DNA of 64,000 nucleotides from Emiliania huxleyi CCMP1516 (Eukaryota): NCBI RefSeq assembly GCF_000372725.1, contig NW_005201360.1, positions 22,881 to 86,880 of the forward strand, read 5' to 3'. Shown piece by piece: positions 10,221 to 23,645 of this stretch (position 1 is its first letter; each line of letters starts with the position of its first letter). The notes under the pieces were generated by a model. It saw only the letters and a program-made list of their open reading frames with translations, ran no database searches and was not told where the DNA came from. The position numbers and the translations under genes were made by a program.

Positions 10221-13200
10221 TCACAATAGAAGCCGTCGCTGCCGTGCGTTACGGCGCCACACATAGAGGAGCACCGTCACAACTACAAGCGCGCTAGCAA
10301 GAGCCAGAAGAGTGCTGCTCATGGGCCGGTCCCTCGCGGGAGAGCTCGCCTGCAGCGAACTAAGCGAGCCTCGGGCAGTGCACGTCTTGCACTGCGCTGG
10401 CATTCGTCCCACTCCTCGGCCCGTGCACGTGAAGCTATTGCTCTCGGGATCCTCTTCAGGGGGGTCAACAAACATAGCCGTCAACTTGCGAGGATCGATC
10501 TCGCGGTAGATGAGCCCAAATTCAAATTTGATAGCTGCGACTGCGCTCAAACTCAAGCCTTGCGGCCACCTTCCAAGCACCACATCGTCGTCATCCGGGA
10601 CCGCAACTTCCCAGAGCCCAAACGGACTTCCGGCTGGGGTGTCGCAGTTCCACTCCATTCCGTTGTGGAATGGGCAGAACTCGGCCGTCGGCACCGATGT
10701 CGCAACCGAGGAAGGAGCGCCCCTGAAGCTGAAGGTGGCCTTGTCAACAGGGTGGGGGCTGATGGAGTAAACGAACACGAACGTCTTCGTACTTGCGGGG
10801 ATGAATTCCCAGACACTCCCGTCCCTGTCAAGAAACGACTCAGTACCCAGCTTGGTGATGGAGAGCGATATTTTGGTTGAGCCCTGCTGTTGAAGCAACG
10901 CCGACATGTTTCCGTGGTCGAGCTCGAGGTAGACGCGCACGTTTTTCATGTGAACACGGTAGAAGTTGCAATCCTTTGCCATCGGGATCCGAATGGTGGT
11001 CTTGTTGGTACGCACCAACTCTTCAAACACTAGTGGGTTGCGATCGCGCACGAGTCGGAAACCCGTGCTGTCATAACAATGGGGCGGCTCGGACGCCCTG
11101 CGTTCTTTTGTGTCCGTCATTTCTTGCGTCAGCCGTCTCCGTATCGTCGCCAGCTGTGCCGATGTTATTGGAGCCTCAAGCTTGGGATCAAAGGGTTCCA
11201 GAGCTTCGTACTCGAATGCAGATATTTGCGCGCGCAGGTATCGAAGCGCGAGGTACCCGAGCTGGTCCCGCTGCCAGTCGAGGGCGTCATGTGTCACGCC
11301 CTCGACACGAGACGCGTTCTCGAGTAACTGCACCTTAAGCTTAGTCGCATTCCTCCTGCCCTTTGTGTCCTGCAATGTCATCGAGGCTTGAACCCACTGT
11401 CCGAGCAAGTGATTGCGGGCCTTGGCCCCCTCTGACAGTTGTACAAAGTAGGCGGAGAGTTCGTGCTCTGCGAGGTCGCTTTGGTAGTCCTCTAGCGCGC
11501 GAACGGCAACCTGCGAGTGTAATGGGCAGCGGGATGATTCACTCCGGGCGTGAGAGGGGATCGGGAAGGCGAGTCCGGGCGTGAGAGGGGATCGGGGATG
11601 CGAGTCCTGCGCACCTGCTGGTCGAAAGCGTTGAGATGGAGCCGTGGCAGCGAGACGTCGAGTGGCACTTCGTCGAGCTGCAGCACAAACTCGGTTTGCA
11701 TCAGCGCACCAAGGCTGGCCGTGTAGTTGTGCAGCAAGACACTATGCTCTGCAAGCGCGTCGATGTGCGCCTCCTTCTCCAGAACAGCTGGCGTGTAAAT
11801 CCGATCAACCATCATCGACACCCCGCGCGCGTAGCTAGCAGCCGCGTGCAAGTACATATATTTGCATTCATCCGCGTTGTCAATCGTGCTGTCCAAACCT
11901 CTCATGAAGGGCACGCCGACCGCACTGTCCAAGCACTGCGCCATGAGTCCGAGATCAGGGTGTGTTGTGCACATTCCCTCGGTGACCTTGTGGAAAAGAA
12001 AGCCGGCATCCCTCACCGGTCGGCTTTGGTGGGTGTCAAAGGAGGGGCGAACGCCAATGGAACCATCAGCGTAGACAACGAGCGCGTGCTGGAAGTGTGA
12101 CAAAAGCCACGGCATTGCCGGAATGGGATCGTCTTCGAAAATGACGCGGGTCAGATCGAGAGACGCGTACTGCCGACCGCCCTCTACATCTGTGACTTTG
12201 GGTTGAGCGAACGTGACGGCATGATAAGGCACGCCCTCGTCTTCTAGCTTCATGGCAACAAGGACGGCAATAGCGCCGCCCAAGGAGTGGCCGGTTACGT
12301 GGACTCGCGAGTATCTCTCCTTGAGCGGTCCATACTTTTCGATCACGTGCTTCCACATGGCAGCGGCAGCGGCTCGGAAGCCCGCATGCACCTTTACGCC
12401 GTTCACACCCCACTCGTCCTCATACATGAGAGATCCGATGATGTCGAGCCCCCAACTCTGTGCATCGTTAGTGCCTTCGAAGCCGAGATGTAGCACCCTG
12501 GTATCGCTGCTCTCTATCGCGGCCACACAGTGCAGCTCCCCGGTGAAGGTATGGTTGAGCCACGTTGAGAACCGCCAGCGGACGGGATAGCGCCCGACTA
12601 GATCGAGGCCGCTCGATAAAGTGCTACTTTCGTCGCAAGCGCTACTGGCGACAGACCAAGCGCGCTGGATCTGTGCAATGTCAAGAGACCGCAAGAAACC
12701 ACCCACCTCGTCGGCTCTTTCAAGAGCCTGGGCTGACTTAGTGGATTGGATCTGATGGAGCTGATCCCAGCACGACATGGCAACCATGGCGTGCATGCCA
12801 AAATCGGCCAGCTTGTACAAGAACTGCATCTTGAGCAGCGTCCAACCCATGTCCATAGGTTGCTCGTCCATGGCCCCAAAGCTTTCGGACCCGAAGGAAC
12901 ATTGCGTCAGCCTCCGTCGCGCCCCCAATTCCTGACAGGCGCCGTTCTCTGCCTGGATCTCGGACTTGAGCGCCCGACCACACGTTTCGAAGTGAACGCA
13001 GCAATCCTCGCCATAAGAGCAAGCTGGGTTGCAGGGCACGTGCCGCGCGGCGTAAAATCCGGCCTCTTTGCACGACACTTGGCAGTTGCCAAGGCCACGT
13101 CCATAGGCGAAGGCGTGTCGCACGTTGTCGCTATGAGTCTGAGCGAAGAGGTTCTTCCCTTTATCTTCCACTCCACTGGACCTCTTCGTATCTGGCTCGT

Positions 13201-16200
13201 TCGGGCAAGCGTGACCGACCTCCCACCTGCCAGCTGCCGTGTGCAAAAGCCCGGCCCTGTTCATTCGATCGCGAATGGTGCCGTAGCTGCTGCGCAGGAA
13301 GTAGCCCGGCACGGTGCGGCTGTTGAAGCGACGCGCCTTTTCGAGCTCGTCGCAAGGCAGTGGTGCCCCACGAAAATCGTGACATTCCTTGCCTGTCCGC
13401 GTTGATGGAGGTTTCGCCGACGTCGGCACAACAGCCGGCCCCGTTGCCTTAGGTTGTGCCTTGGGCAAGGACGACAGCTGCCTTGGACCCCGTGAGGCCG
13501 GCACGGGCAGCAGCCTATCAACGAAGTTGGTGTGCACCGCCGCGCAGCAAATCGGGACAGCTCCAAATAAGCAGCAAGCTTGCAAGCCCCCTTCCAAGCC
13601 CGCATATAGGCAGTTGGCCACGGCCGCGTCCAGGGTCCTTTTGGTCTCATCCTACGGTCCAAAGGCGAGAGTGTGAGTCATCCTACTGTCTCGAGTACTA
13701 CTGACAGAGACTACACGGGCAGCACGCACCATCAAGTCTCGAGAGATCGAGTCTCGAACCGTGTTGTCCGCCACCATAGTCGCGATCAGCAGCTTCTCGC
13801 GTTGCTGCTGACGACGCATCCCCCCCTCCGTTTCCTTGAGCTTTTCGAGCGCGCCCCGCATCCTCTGATCGATAGCCGTGATTGAGCTGCGCAGCCCCTT
13901 CACGTACTCGCTCTGCTGCTTGTGTTGCTTCTCCATGAAGCTCTCGTCAATCTTCAGAATGCCTACCGTCAACTCGTTGCCCGCGGTGTGCGTGCCAGCC
14001 TGATCGCGTTTGTCCTCAACCCCGCGCATCTCTATCGCGATGCTGTCCAGCAGCTTCTCGTAGTCGGCGTACTGAAGGGGCGCGATGGTGCCTCGCTTGT
14101 AGCCGAAGACGTCGATGCCGCGCTCGAGATTTTCGAGCGCCCCGCAGACCACCCGTTGGACGACGACCACGCCATCCGGCAACGCCATCCTGTCGGCGTC
14201 CGGCACCCCATCGCCGTCCGATTCGAGGCCAAGGTAGCCCGGGGTGGCGAGCTGGTCTCTGATGCAAAAGGGCCGTAGCCTCTCGATAGCGGCCTCCTCC
14301 TTGTGATTGACAATATCGATCTGTGCCAATTGAAAGGCCTCGAGCCCTTCCCTCTCGAGCCACGGGAAGAAGTAGTCGGAGAGCTGCTCTCGGGGGCCGT
14401 TTCGCTGGAGCACGGTGCAGCAGCACCGGAAGGCGTCGCCAATGGGCGAATCGTCGCCAGAAGCACTGCATCTCTGCGGCGCACATGCGCTGGACTCGAG
14501 GTACTCGGCGCATCCGACGGTCGAATCCCAGCTCGCAAGGAGAGTTGGCACATCGAGTGGCAGCGGCGGCGGCGGTGAAGGCGGCGGTGACGGAGGCGGA
14601 GTCGAGGGCGGGGGGGGCGGCGGCAGGGAAGGAGGAGGGGGGTTGGGTGGCGGTGGCGGTGGCGGCGGCGGACTGGGCGGCGGCGTCAGACAGCAAGCGG
14701 CAAAGCCAGCTGAGCCGGGCTCAGCGTGCGACTGCGCCGGGATGTGGAACCGGACAAGTTTCCAGCCGAAGAGGAACAAGTATTTCACAGTCCGCCCCCC
14801 TTGTCCTGGCACCGCGAGGCTCTCCCGCAGACCGGGAAACGACAGCGAGTCCATGCCATCCCAGTACTTGGCAACAAAACTCGTTGGCCCCGCAAGAGGT
14901 TTATCGGGGCAAGGCCACGTGGCGGTCCACTCGCAGTTGGGATTGCCTTCCGTGACTACGGTGGGCGTCAAAAACTCTGAAGCGGGCGCCGTCTCATCGC
15001 TGTCCACATCAATAGACCATCCACTAACCCAAGTTGGTGGTCCGCGCCACCGCTCAGGGCAGCAGGCTTTAAAGCAGCCGTCCCGCTCCACGGCGTGCTG
15101 CTGCGCCGGGACGGCGACGCTCAGGTAGTCCCCCTTTTTCAAGCTATCGTCCATCCAATATATGACGGTGCGCCCGTCCTGACCGGGAACGGCAAACATC
15201 CCATAGAATCCTGGCTCGTATGCTCGAACCACAAAGGCCGCAGGCCCAGCGAGCGGTTCTCCGGGGCAAGCCCATGTCGCTGTCCAGCCGCAATCACACC
15301 CACTTGACTCGTACTTCACAATTGCGGGGGTGCGATCCGTGGCAGCAACGCTGCCGGCGATGTGCACCGACGCGGCGGCGGCGGTGTACATCGAGATTTG
15401 TGCTGGGCACGCCACGGCGATGGCATCATTAAGAGATGCCGATTTGGACCCCGTCCAAGCCTTCCATGAGGTGGCGCTGGTCGGACAGGGCGCTCTGTCG
15501 CCGGAGGTGCTATACATGACAGCAGCAGCCAACGTGTAGCTGGTGCTGATCTGCCAGTCGTTGGATGCCGACCAGAAGTAGAGGTACATGCCATTCGCAT
15601 TCTTGTACACCCACCGTCCGTCGGTTGTCTGCCGGTCGGTGCGATCAAAGACGCCCATGCTGGGTGGCTGGTACTGCTCGGCACCAGTCACCAGCACCGT
15701 CTCGCAGGGACAGCGGCACGCGACATCAATGCCGTCGTCAAATGAGTCCCAGGTGGAGCCCGTCCTCACCTTCCACGAGGAGGCGCTTGTCGGACAGCGC
15801 ACGCTGTCGCCGGAGGTGCTCTTTATGGCGGCAGCGTCTGACGTGTAGTCAGATCCGATGAGCCAGTCGTTGTACGCCGGCCAAAAGTAGAGGTACTCGC
15901 CATTCGCATTCTTGTACACCCACCGCCCGTCGGGTGTCTGCCGGTCGGTGCGATCGAAGACGCCCATGCGAGCCGGATAGTGTGTTCCAGCACCACTCAC
16001 CAGCACCCTCTCGCATGGGCACGGCGGGGGCGACGGCGGCGGCGGCGGCGGTGACGGTGGGGGTGGCGACGAGGGCGGTGGTGACGGCGGCGGCGGCGAG
16101 GGAGAGGGCGGCGGCGGGGATGGCGGCGGCGGCGGCGAGGGAGAGGCCGGCGGCAGCGGCGGCGGCGGCGGTGGTGGCGACGGCGGCGGCGGAGCGAAAG

Positions 16201-17716
16201 ACACCACAAAAGAGTGGGTGCCAGAGTGCCCCCACCCCAGCGTGATGTCCTTCTGCCCCATGCCCGACCACGTGCCGCCGTCCCAGCCGTTGCCCCACGA
16301 GTCGCGCATCGAGAGCGTGCAGCTCGAAAGGGGAGGGAGGTCGACGCTGTACATGTGCACGCTGTCCTCGTGGCTGTACCACGTGCCATACGGTCCGCCC
16401 GAGAGGATGTGGCGGCCGTTGCACTCGAGGCTCCAGGAAATCTCGTTGGAGCGGTGCCCAGTTCGCACCTCGATTGCGTAGGAGGAGGCTGGCGAGAAGG
16501 GCGGCGGCGGCGATGGTGGCGGCGGCGGCAGCGGCGGCGAGGGAGGAGGTTGAGGTGGCGGCAGTGGTGGCGGCGGCGAGGGAGGAGGTGGCGGCGGCGA
16601 GGGCGTCTTGCAGCAATAGTTGAAGCAGGCCGATCCGTCGTCCTGGGCGACCCCCGGGATACTCATGCCAGGGCTGTAGGGGCACGGAAACTTGTTTGTC
16701 CAGGCACAGCCATCTCTGCATTCCGCGGAGGGTGGCCGACAGCGGCAGTGGACGTACTGGTCGGAAGTCGGCGTTGATCCCGAAGCGGTGTTGAAGTGTG
16801 AGCAGAAAAAGTACATGGGTTGTGTACTCGAACGATGACTGCACGAAGAGAAGCACCCTGACGGCCAAGAGCGTCCTGAGCGCGTCGTCGGTGCAAAAAA
16901 CGGTGCTGAAAAAACGGTATTGATTATGTCGAGTGCACGCGCGCACTCCGCTAGGCTCGTCACGTCATCGAGCCCGTGCGATGCACAGGTGCCCCCCTGG
17001 ATGGTGCGAAAGCATGCTGACGGAGGCAGCTTGGGCCACGGCGGCGGTGAGGGTGACGGAGGCGGCGGCGGCGGCGACGGTGGCGCCGGGGGTCGCGGGC
17101 CGCAGTCCGTGCAGTCCGCACCGTAGCCACAAAGGCTATACTCAGAGCCGGGACCGCCATCGTCGCAGGAGCCATCATTGTGTACTGGGCAGCTCGGATC
17201 GTCCACGCAGATTGTGGCTGACTGTGGCGGGAGTCGCGCCGTGGAGAGTTCGCGGCCGTGCGCAACAATCTCAACCGCGGCGGGCATTGCAAGCTCACTG
17301 TCGGCGCCGACGTTAGAGACGGGGAGGCCCGCAGCGGAAGCGATGAGTGCGACGAGGGCCACAAACAGCACCACCCGGTAGTCGACAGAGACGGTGGTTG
17401 TCACCACCTTGCCTGGCCGCGGCCTGCGCTTCACAACCAGGCTGACGGAGCGGCGCGCCGCGTCGCCACCGTGGCTCACCGATGAGTCAGCACCGCCCGC
17501 GCGCCGGTCCAGCCGAATGCTCACGCGCGGCAGGAAGCCGAGCTTTGGCGCGCCCGCGGCGTCCTCCTCGCTCGCGGTGGTGGTGACCTGAATCAGCCGG
17601 CCAGCGCTGCGAGGCGCTGGCGTGCTGTGGGCGCGGTGCACGGCGGGCTGCGTGGCAGCGGCCGCATTCTCACCCGCCGTGCGGGCCCGCCGCCGAGGCT
17701 GGGGGGAGGAGGGCAT
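10221..17716 (-). CDS. ~2437-aa multidomain membrane-anchored protein: Pro-rich/Cys-rich extracellular repeats, coiled coil, lipase class 3 domain, C-terminal beta-rich domain and TM
   Basis: Exons 17716-13730, 13651-11615, 11510-10221 join in frame via GT-AG introns; GFEGT, VHAGF, VTGHSLGGAIA, DDPIP lipase motifs; hydrophobic segments near both ends. Confidence 0.8.
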
Positions 17717-18135
17717 ATACCCGCCAGCCCGACCGCGGACGCACGATGACTACTCTCATCATAGAAGCGGAGATTGCTAGCACGCCGGGTGCGGCCGGCG
17801 TTCTGTCCCCCATGTGATGAATGCACACCGGTGTGTAATGGTGTGATACACGAACGACGACACACACCAGTCGACTCGCATCGATCGATCGATCGATTGG
17901 TTGCCTCCACCCATGAACGGCGCAGCTACTCTCGCGTCCACGCCACACCTGGCTCCAACGTGGACACGCTCACAGCTGGGGATACTACTAGGTCATGAAA
18001 CACGAACAGAAGTTTTATCTTTTTCATCACAAGGGCAACTGGGATCACGCGGAACTGAATTCTTTTTCAGAGCGTCTCCTCAGGCTCGCAACCTGCGGTG
18101 CTCGCTCCCTCCCTCGGCCGCCTCCCCTCCTCCTG

Positions 18136-21100
18136 ATGGCCGACGACGAGCCCACCCGCGTCCCTCTCCTCGCCGTCGTCTACAAGACCCAGACCCAGAC
18201 CCTCGGCGCCGCCTACCTCGAGGACGGCACCACGCTCCGGTACTGCGAAGTCGCCGACACCGAGTTCCACATGCTGCGCTCGCTCAAGTTTGAGCTCAAC
18301 CCGGACCTGATCATCGCTCCCGCCAACGCCGACGCCGTCTGGCTGGCGCAGCTCGGGAGCAGCTCGCGAGGCGCCGACGCCGAGACGCTGCTCGACGACG
18401 CCGATCCCGCGGTGGACGAGGCGGACCCGGACGGCGAGGCGGGCACGATCCCGGTCCAGCTCGGCAAGTCGCGCGACTTCAGCGCCAGCTCCGCCGCGAA
18501 GCGGCTGGTCCTGCTCATGCACGGCCGCGCCCAGGACGACGATCAGCTCCAGCTCACGGAGCGCGAGTCGCTCATCCGGCTCGAGCACCAGCTGCCTCGC
18601 GAGCAGGAGCAGGCGTGGCGCGCCGTGGGCGGGCTGCTCGCGCACCTGCAAAAGGAGGACGCGGGCCAGCTGTCCATCAGCACGCTGGCGCCGCACGCGC
18701 TCGACAAGGTGATGCGCATCGCGCCCGAGGTCCTCCTCTCGCTCAACATCTTTGTCGACCGCCACCACCCTTCGGTGCACGGCGGCAAGAGCCGCGACGC
18801 CTTTTCGCTCTGGTCGCTCTTCAACAACACCAGCTCCAAGCCGGGCGAGAAGCTGCTGCGCTCATGGTTCGCGCGGCCGTCGCTCGACCTCGAGGTTCTC
18901 TCGCAGCGGCAGGAGTCCATCGCCTTTGTCATCTCGCGCCAGGAGCTGCTGCCGCAGTGGAAAACTCTCGCCAAGAAGATCAAGGATGTGCGCGGCCTGA
19001 GGGCGAGCTTCGACCGCGGCGCTCCCGCTCCTCTGCACCGCGCCCCTCCTCGTGCGGCGGCCGCCCCATTCTCGCCCCCCTCCGCAGGCGGCCTCCTCCT
19101 CGCCGACTACAAGGCCGCGCTCTCGACGGCCGCGTGCGCCATCCACATGCGCGACATGCTGCTCGCCGCCGAGGCGTCCGCCGAGCGGCTCCACGTGATG
19201 GCCCGCCTCGCGTCGGTGGGGAGCACAGAACTGGCCGAGCTCTCCAACATGATTTTTGGCATCGTCGACTTTGAGGCCTCCGGCCGCAAAGACGAGCGCG
19301 CGGCCAAGCACATCTGCGTCAAGGAAAACGTGCACCCGCAGCTCGACGATCTGCGGCAGAGTTGCGCAGGTATGCAAAACGTGCTCACCTCGACGGCGCA
19401 GGAGGAGCGGGCGCGGCTCGAGCGGCACTCACTGATGCCGCAGTACGCGCTCGACGACCAGCTCTACGTCGTCTTCATCACGCAGCTCGGCTTTATGCTC
19501 AAGATGCCGATGCCAGAGGCGCGCCTGCCACTGCGGTGCCACGTCACGTCGCAACGAGCGGGGGCTTCGACAGCGACGCCTGCCCGCGACGGACTCGCCT
19601 AGGTGCGACCAGAGGAGGCGGAGTATGTCGAGCGCGATTTCGAGGCGGCCGGCCTCGCGCTGCAGTTCCACGAAGAGGGCGAAGGCTTCTTCAAGACTGC
19701 GAAGTGCGGCGCCGCCCTGCCGCCTCCCCTGCTCCGCCCCTTCTTCTTCAGCAGCCCCATGCCGGAAGGTGCGCCTCCCTCGACGACAAGTACGGCGACA
19801 TCCTCTCGCGGATGCGCGACCTCGAGTCGCATCTCGTCCGCCACCTTGAGCTGCAGGCTTCATCCCGCGCTCCACTTCTATGGATGCCGCGTGTATAGCG
19901 ACTCTTCTCCCCTCCTCGCGGCGCAGGTCCTCGCCTCGCTCTCCGAGCTGCTCGACGCGCAGTCGGTCCACACACAGCCCTGCCAGCTGCTGCGCATCCC
20001 CAGAATGGTGACCGCCGCCCCCTGGGCACGAGGTAGGTCCTCGCCGAGCTCGACTGCATCCTCGCGCTCGCGACTGCCGCCATTGAGCACAAGCTCGTCC
20101 GCCCACGCGTCGTCGATGGCGCGCAGCTCGACCTCAAGGGTGCGTGGCACCCTCTTTTGCACGCGGCGCAGCAGCTTGTGCCGAACGACTGCCGCCTCTG
20201 CGCTCCGGGCGAGCCCGAGGCGGCGGATCGGATGCTGCTGCTGACGGGGCCAAACGCGAGTGGCAAGACAGTCTACCTTCGCATGGTTGGAATCACCTGC
20301 TTCCTGGCGCACATTGGGTCGTTTGTGCCCGCCGAATCGGCGACGGTCGGCCTCACGGATGCGATCTTCACGAGGATGGTGTCGCGCGAGTCGACGCTCG
20401 CAAACGCCTCCGCCTTCATGGTCAGAGCCAATGCACAGAGATGGATGCGGGGTCGAGCGGGGTGCCTCCACCGATGCAACTTTGAGTAGGCTGACCTGAC
20501 GCAGATGAGCAACATGATGCGCCACTCCACCCGCCGTTCACTCTGCCTCGTCGACGAGTTTGGAAAGGGGACCAATGCGCAGGACGGCATCTCCTTCCTG
20601 TACGCGTGCCTGCGCCACTTCCTCGACCGCGGCCGCGAGTGCCCCCGCCTGCTCGCGTGCACGCACTACACGGAGCTGCTCGAGCTGCCCGAGCTGGTCG
20701 ACCGACCGGGCCTCAGCCTCTGGACGATGCAGGCGAGTGTAGACAGCTGTCGCCACCAACGCCGACGCTGCCGCCGCAGCCCGCTCCGCCGCCATTCTCA
20801 CCCTCGCAGACGAAGCACAGCGGAGCTTGCGACGAGAGGACGCCGCGCAGAGATGCACAGTCAGGCGACGAGTCACCGTGTCAGGCTGTCAGCCCACGCC
20901 TCTTTGTCCGCCGCTGGCTCTCAGGTCATGCTCGAGAAGAAGACCGAGGCGGACGACACGCTCGACGACGTCATCTTCCTCTACCGCGCCATCCCCGGCC
21001 GGTCCGAGGGCTCCTTCGCGTACCACTGCGCGGCGGCGGCCAACGTGCCCCGCGCCGTCATCGACCGCGCGGTGCAGGTCTCGCGCCTCCGCGACGCGGG

Positions 21101-21379
21101 CGAGCCCGTCCACGCGATGGACCGCTCCGAGGCGGACGCCGCCTCCGAGCGGCGCCCCAGCTGCCTCTTGGGCGAGGCACCGTGGTGATCCGTCCACGAC
21201 GCGTCCGCGACGTGTCGTTATGTAGGCGCCGCCTCGCCGCCCGGGACGAGCTCCTCAGTGGCTTCCTCGAGTTTGACTTCCGCACGCGCCGCGCCGGCGA
21301 GTTTTACGTGGCTCACGCCGCGTGCGTGGACACGCTGCGCCAGCCGGCCACCGCGCGCGCCGGCGGCGCCTTCTGCTGA
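18136..21379 (+). CDS. MSH5: MutS homolog 5 (meiotic crossover protein), multi-exon
   Basis: TGPNASGKTVYL, LAHIGSFVPA, SAFM..DL, LCLVDEFGKGT (MSH5-type variant); no N-terminal mismatch-binding domain seen. Confidence 0.88.
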
Positions 21380-21699
21380 GGATGGAACGGATGAATGTGG
21401 GGTGCTTGTGGTGGGCATTCATGCGGACGGGAGGGAGGAAGGGAGTCCACAGCGGGCGAGAGCGCGGCGATTTGGTTCGCCGAGCCCCCCGAGACCGTCG
21501 TGTGAGTGCCCCGCCCCGAGCGAGACTGTCTGTCGTGCGCGCTAGGGTGCGCGCACAATCAATCGCCGATCCCCTTTCTTCCTTGCCTGGCCGAGCTGCA
21601 TAGTAGTGCGTAGTGTTGTAGAGTCTTTCCAAAAGAGGTCCTGTTTTTCTTGCGCAGCACTACAATGACATCAGCCAACGGTGTGGCGATGTCGCGCGC

Positions 21700-23645
21700 A
21701 TCTACGCGGTGCGTGCACAAGACAAGGAGTGCACAAGACAAGGAGTTTGGCCTCTGCCACACGTACGAGCTTGGCCGCTTCTGTCCGTCCATGCTGCCGT
21801 CGGCGCAGCGCATCCCGCCTATTGGCGACCTCTTCACGCAGCAGAGCACCTCTCCAGTCCCGAAACAGGGCATGCTCGCTGCTGTCGGGACCCACGAAGC
21901 GTGGATCGCGTGCCTGGCGCGGTGGCGGCGTGCGAGGAGGTTGACAAAAACACGCCGCAGTCGGAGGCGATTAAGTCCAGGGAGGCGACTCGCTACATCT
22001 CGATCTCCCAGTTCGGCGCTGCTGGATGGCTCGACATGCGCCCTGATGGACTCTCCACCACACGAAGATGGTGTCGGCGATGTTCCTGACGGCGATACAG
22101 CGCAGGCACGGGCTCTACTTGTCAGTGATTGCGCCCACTTTCGTCGAGAAGGCCGCCGCAGGCATGCACGTCACGGTGGGAGAATACAAGGGCGTCTCCC
22201 TCGCCAACTCCAACAAAGGCGACCGCACCTACCTCCAAGCACAATGGGGTGCTAAGGGCCGGTGACTTCGCCACGATGCGGGACGTGCATTACGAGGTCA
22301 AGTGCTGGAACCCGCTCATCAAGACGTCGGGGAGGCGCTCGTGGGACAAAGGTGGCAATGTGGCGTCGGTGGGCCACCTCTACTGAATGGTTGCCCAGGA
22401 CCCCAGGTTACTCAGGACACGATCCCGGCGTGAACACGACGAACTACCCTTCTCCGATGCACGCGCGGCACGCGCCACGGCGCGGCACGTGCCGCCGTCT
22501 TTGTTTGAAGTCAAAAGTCGAATCAGAGCGGTGTCGGCGTTGTCCTGAGTTTTCTCCCCCGGACCGCCCGTTCGGCACCGCTCCGGGATGCACGCCGGCG
22601 AAGCACCATCAAGCTGCTGTACGGCCGCGGTATCGCCTCCCCTGGCTTAGCTAGATTGAGATATATTGTGCACAAGGTTGGCCTCTACAATATATACACT
22701 GACACTCTACCTCCCAGAGCTCGTCCCGGTCCGCCATGGCCATCCTCGGCCTCCGGAGGGCCCCCGGCCGCGGCGCGGTGCGGCGGCGTCACAGATCCGA
22801 CCACAGAGCACCGGGACGCGGTCGGGCGATCTGAGGTCCAACTAGGAGTATGCATTGCCCATCCAGGGCTATCACCTGGACCCATCAACAGGCGCCTGCG
22901 GCGCCGTGGTCACGAGGTGTTGTTCACACCTGGGCAAGCATTCATGCAGTACGGGTTTGGAAACACGCTGGACAAGACGTTGACGGCGGTCGTGGGGTGC
23001 AAGGAGCGTGGCCGTCAGGTGGACGGACCGCTCGACCACTCGACTGGAAAGGGATGGGTCAAAGACCACGCGTATGGAGACGGATGGGTCAAGAAGAGTG
23101 CAGGCTGGAAGTGGATGGGGGCGCAGTACTACGACGCGAAGTGGGTCAAGAAAGCCATAACGCGGCTGGTGCTCGTGGAAACTTTGGGTGGCATTGCGCC
23201 GCCCACCAAGCAGTTCCTCCACGTGTTCGCCAAGGAAGCGGCGGGCATCAACACGGACCGGACGGTGTACGGGGCGGCGTCGGCGAGCGCCTCCTCCTTC
23301 GTCGTCCACCACACGCAGCAGATCTCCATGGCGGCGGTTGCAGGCGACGCCGAAAACATCAACAAGCAGGCGCGCAATGCGCGTGCCGACTGGGTTAAAT
23401 CCCCTGGGCGTGCCAACTGGGTCAACGACGTCAAGAACAAGCAAGCGGCAGACGTCCTCTTACCCTCGGCCGCAGAGTGGAGCCAGAGTGGTTGGAGCGG
23501 AGGGCGTCCGTACCGCCTAGCTCCGCGGACGGGCCCCTCCACCCTTCACGTACGGATCATGTAGTCCCCACAATCGCTGTCGTAGGATCGCTTGTCATGT
23601 GAGAGAGTACGTTGTGTTCTTGTTTTGTATCCGCTTTCGCGCCGT
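21700..23645 (+). mobile_element. degenerate non-LTR retrotransposon 3' part with restriction-like endonuclease (CRE/R2-like)
   Basis: YEVK..., LVETLGG...HHTQQISMAAVAGDA resemble RLE C-terminus; frameshifted, interrupted at 22383; homologous to 56525-56943; left limit approximate. Confidence 0.55.
22383..22949. mobile_element. non-autonomous TIR element with TA target duplication (Tc1/mariner-like)
   Basis: CTGAATGGTTGCCCAGG ... CCTGGGCAAGCATTCATGCAG flanked by TA/TA; removal restores CAC CTC TAC GGG TTT GGA (HLYGFG). Confidence 0.85.
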
